Source of the DNA: Candidatus Pacearchaeota archaeon
GTDB taxonomy: Archaea; Nanobdellota; Nanobdellia; Pacearchaeales; JAPDKA01
Direction: 5' to 3'
Length of the DNA stretch: 64,000 nucleotides
NCBI GenBank assembly: GCA_038840695.1
Contig: JAWBVE010000001.1
Location: 44,896 to 108,895 of the forward strand
Shown here: piece after piece, positions 63,039-64,000 of the stretch
Layout of the letters: each line of letters opens with the position of its first letter
How positions within the stretch are numbered: position 1 is the first letter of the stretch
Notes under the pieces: generated by a model
What the model saw: only the letters and a program-made list of their open reading frames with translations
Databases searched by the model: none
Told to the model about the DNA's origin: nothing
Made by a program: the position numbers and the translations under genes

Positions 63039-63997
63039 ACTCCAGCAACAATTAGAGGAAAAATTATTGTCACATCGCCTTCAACATGTACAGAATTTTT
63101 TTCATAAGGCTCAAAAAGTTTTATTTTCCCCCAGGTATAAGCCTCGCTCGGCTTTGAACTTGATGTTGAGCCATCCCATTCATTGCTCGTTGTGATATAA
63201 ACTGCATATTTTACTCCCCCTTTAAATATGTGTGCGTTCAAGGCATAGTGTCTAGGCGTCCCGGAGCCCAGTGCTATGAGCCCTGTCTCACTCGCCTTAA
63301 AGGGCCAATTATTCATATTAAAAAGATCTTCGCTAACATCAATTTTAAAATCTTTATGCTTATGTTTGAAAAACCATACAATGTCGCCTATCGCTCCGTC
63401 GAGAAAACTAGGAGAAAAAAGGGGAATTTTATTTTTATATGCCCAATACACAATAGAACTTGTTTTTCTTTTTTCTTTTTCCAGTCTTCTACCGAACTCC
63501 TGCACTAGCTCTATGCTACTAACTATTTTTCCACTCCTTTTTTGCCTTTCATAGAAGTATTCTAGAATAGGAAGAAGCCATTGCTCAAATTTTATGTAAA
63601 GCTCGTCTGAAACATAAATGTTGCCAGTTCTGTTTAAGCCTCTAACATAAAGCTCTTTTGCATCAGCCTCAAAATGGCCGAGCACGAATGGGCCAAAGCA
63701 TTTCATTATATCTTCTTCAATGCCTCCTCCAGTCGTGCATAATGCATGAACATGCTTATGCTGAACAAGCCATCTAATTATATCTCTAATCCCAGAAGTT
63801 ACCAGATTAGAGGTATAAGTTAATATAATTGCACATTTTTCTCGTCGCATTTTTTTTATTAAATCTATAGCTATTCCAAGATTTGTTGCTTGGAAGCCTG
63901 TTTGCTTAAATGCTTTCAAAAAACTTTTTATCTCGAAACCTTTATCAAAATCATAGCCCCTCACAGGCACGAATTTTTTTAGCTTTATAGCTTTCAT
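63026..63997 (-). CDS. dys: Deoxyhypusine synthase
   Basis: FQATNLGIAIDLIKKM...LTYTSNLVTSGIRDIIRWLVQHKHVHALCTTGGGIEEDIMKC...ALGSGTPRHY...WGKI are DHS family motifs. 323 aa. Confidence 0.9.
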   Translation of the reverse strand: MKAIKLKKFVPVRGYDFDKGFEIKSFLKAFKQTGFQATNLGIAIDLIKKMRREKCAIILTYTSNLVTSGIRDIIRWLVQHKHVHALCTTGGGIEEDIMKCFGPFVLGHFEADAKELYVRGLNRTGNIYVSDELYIKFEQWLLPILEYFYERQKRSGKIVSSIELVQEFGRRLEKEKRKTSSIVYWAYKNKIPLFSPSFLDGAIGDIVWFFKHKHKDFKIDVSEDLFNMNNWPFKASETGLIALGSGTPRHYALNAHIFKGGVKYAVYITTSNEWDGSTSSSKPSEAYTWGKIKLFEPYEKNSVHVEGDVTIIFPLIVAGVWGK

Positions 63998-64000
63998 AAA

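Overview
This is a low-GC archaeal chromosomal segment. The lineage call of a DPANN-type archaeon (Woese-/Pacearchaeota-like) is inference, based on archaeal information-processing genes, form III RuBisCO, small gene size and abundant huge surface proteins. I support about 60 genes.

Core content:
- The archaeal r-protein/RNAP operon rps13-rps4-rps11-rpoD-tRNA(Leu)-rpl18e-rpl13-rps9, with rpoN separated from it by inserted genes.
- A second translation cluster: rpl21e-rpoF-DUF655 plus an HPF/RaiA-like protein.
- RNase P component 4, EndoQ, glutamine synthetase, RNase J, Taw3 and deoxyhypusine synthase.
- A Ca2+ P-type ATPase next to a CaCA exchanger, a Kef-type antiporter, and form III RuBisCO.

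Accessory content:
1. A three-gene, translationally coupled helicase-methylase-ATPase operon (SNF2+DUF3883 / DUF1156 / DUF499) at 36.5-45.0 kb. It is preceded by a small TAG-interrupted ORF and by an Arm/Rmt (FmrO)-type 16S rRNA methyltransferase homologue. This is the best candidate for an uncharacterised defence system.
2. A very AT-rich glycosylation/surface island at 9.4-16.1 kb: GT2, a small DMT flippase-like protein, two GT-C enzymes and two anchored surface proteins.
3. A 2272-aa sequon-saturated surface protein. It shares a ~100-aa module and a poly-Gly + Cys/Trp TSP1-like C-terminal cassette with an 819-aa protein 45 kb away.
4. A seven-gene plus-strand surface/lipoprotein array that starts with a membrane-tethered PP2C phosphatase.

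Other oddities:
- A ~320-bp almost pure homopurine tract between convergent genes.
- A tRNA-Leu whose anticodon reads AAG.
- A-rich sense-strand leaders and short tandem repeats.

I recognised no rRNA genes, CRISPR arrays, transposases or integrases.
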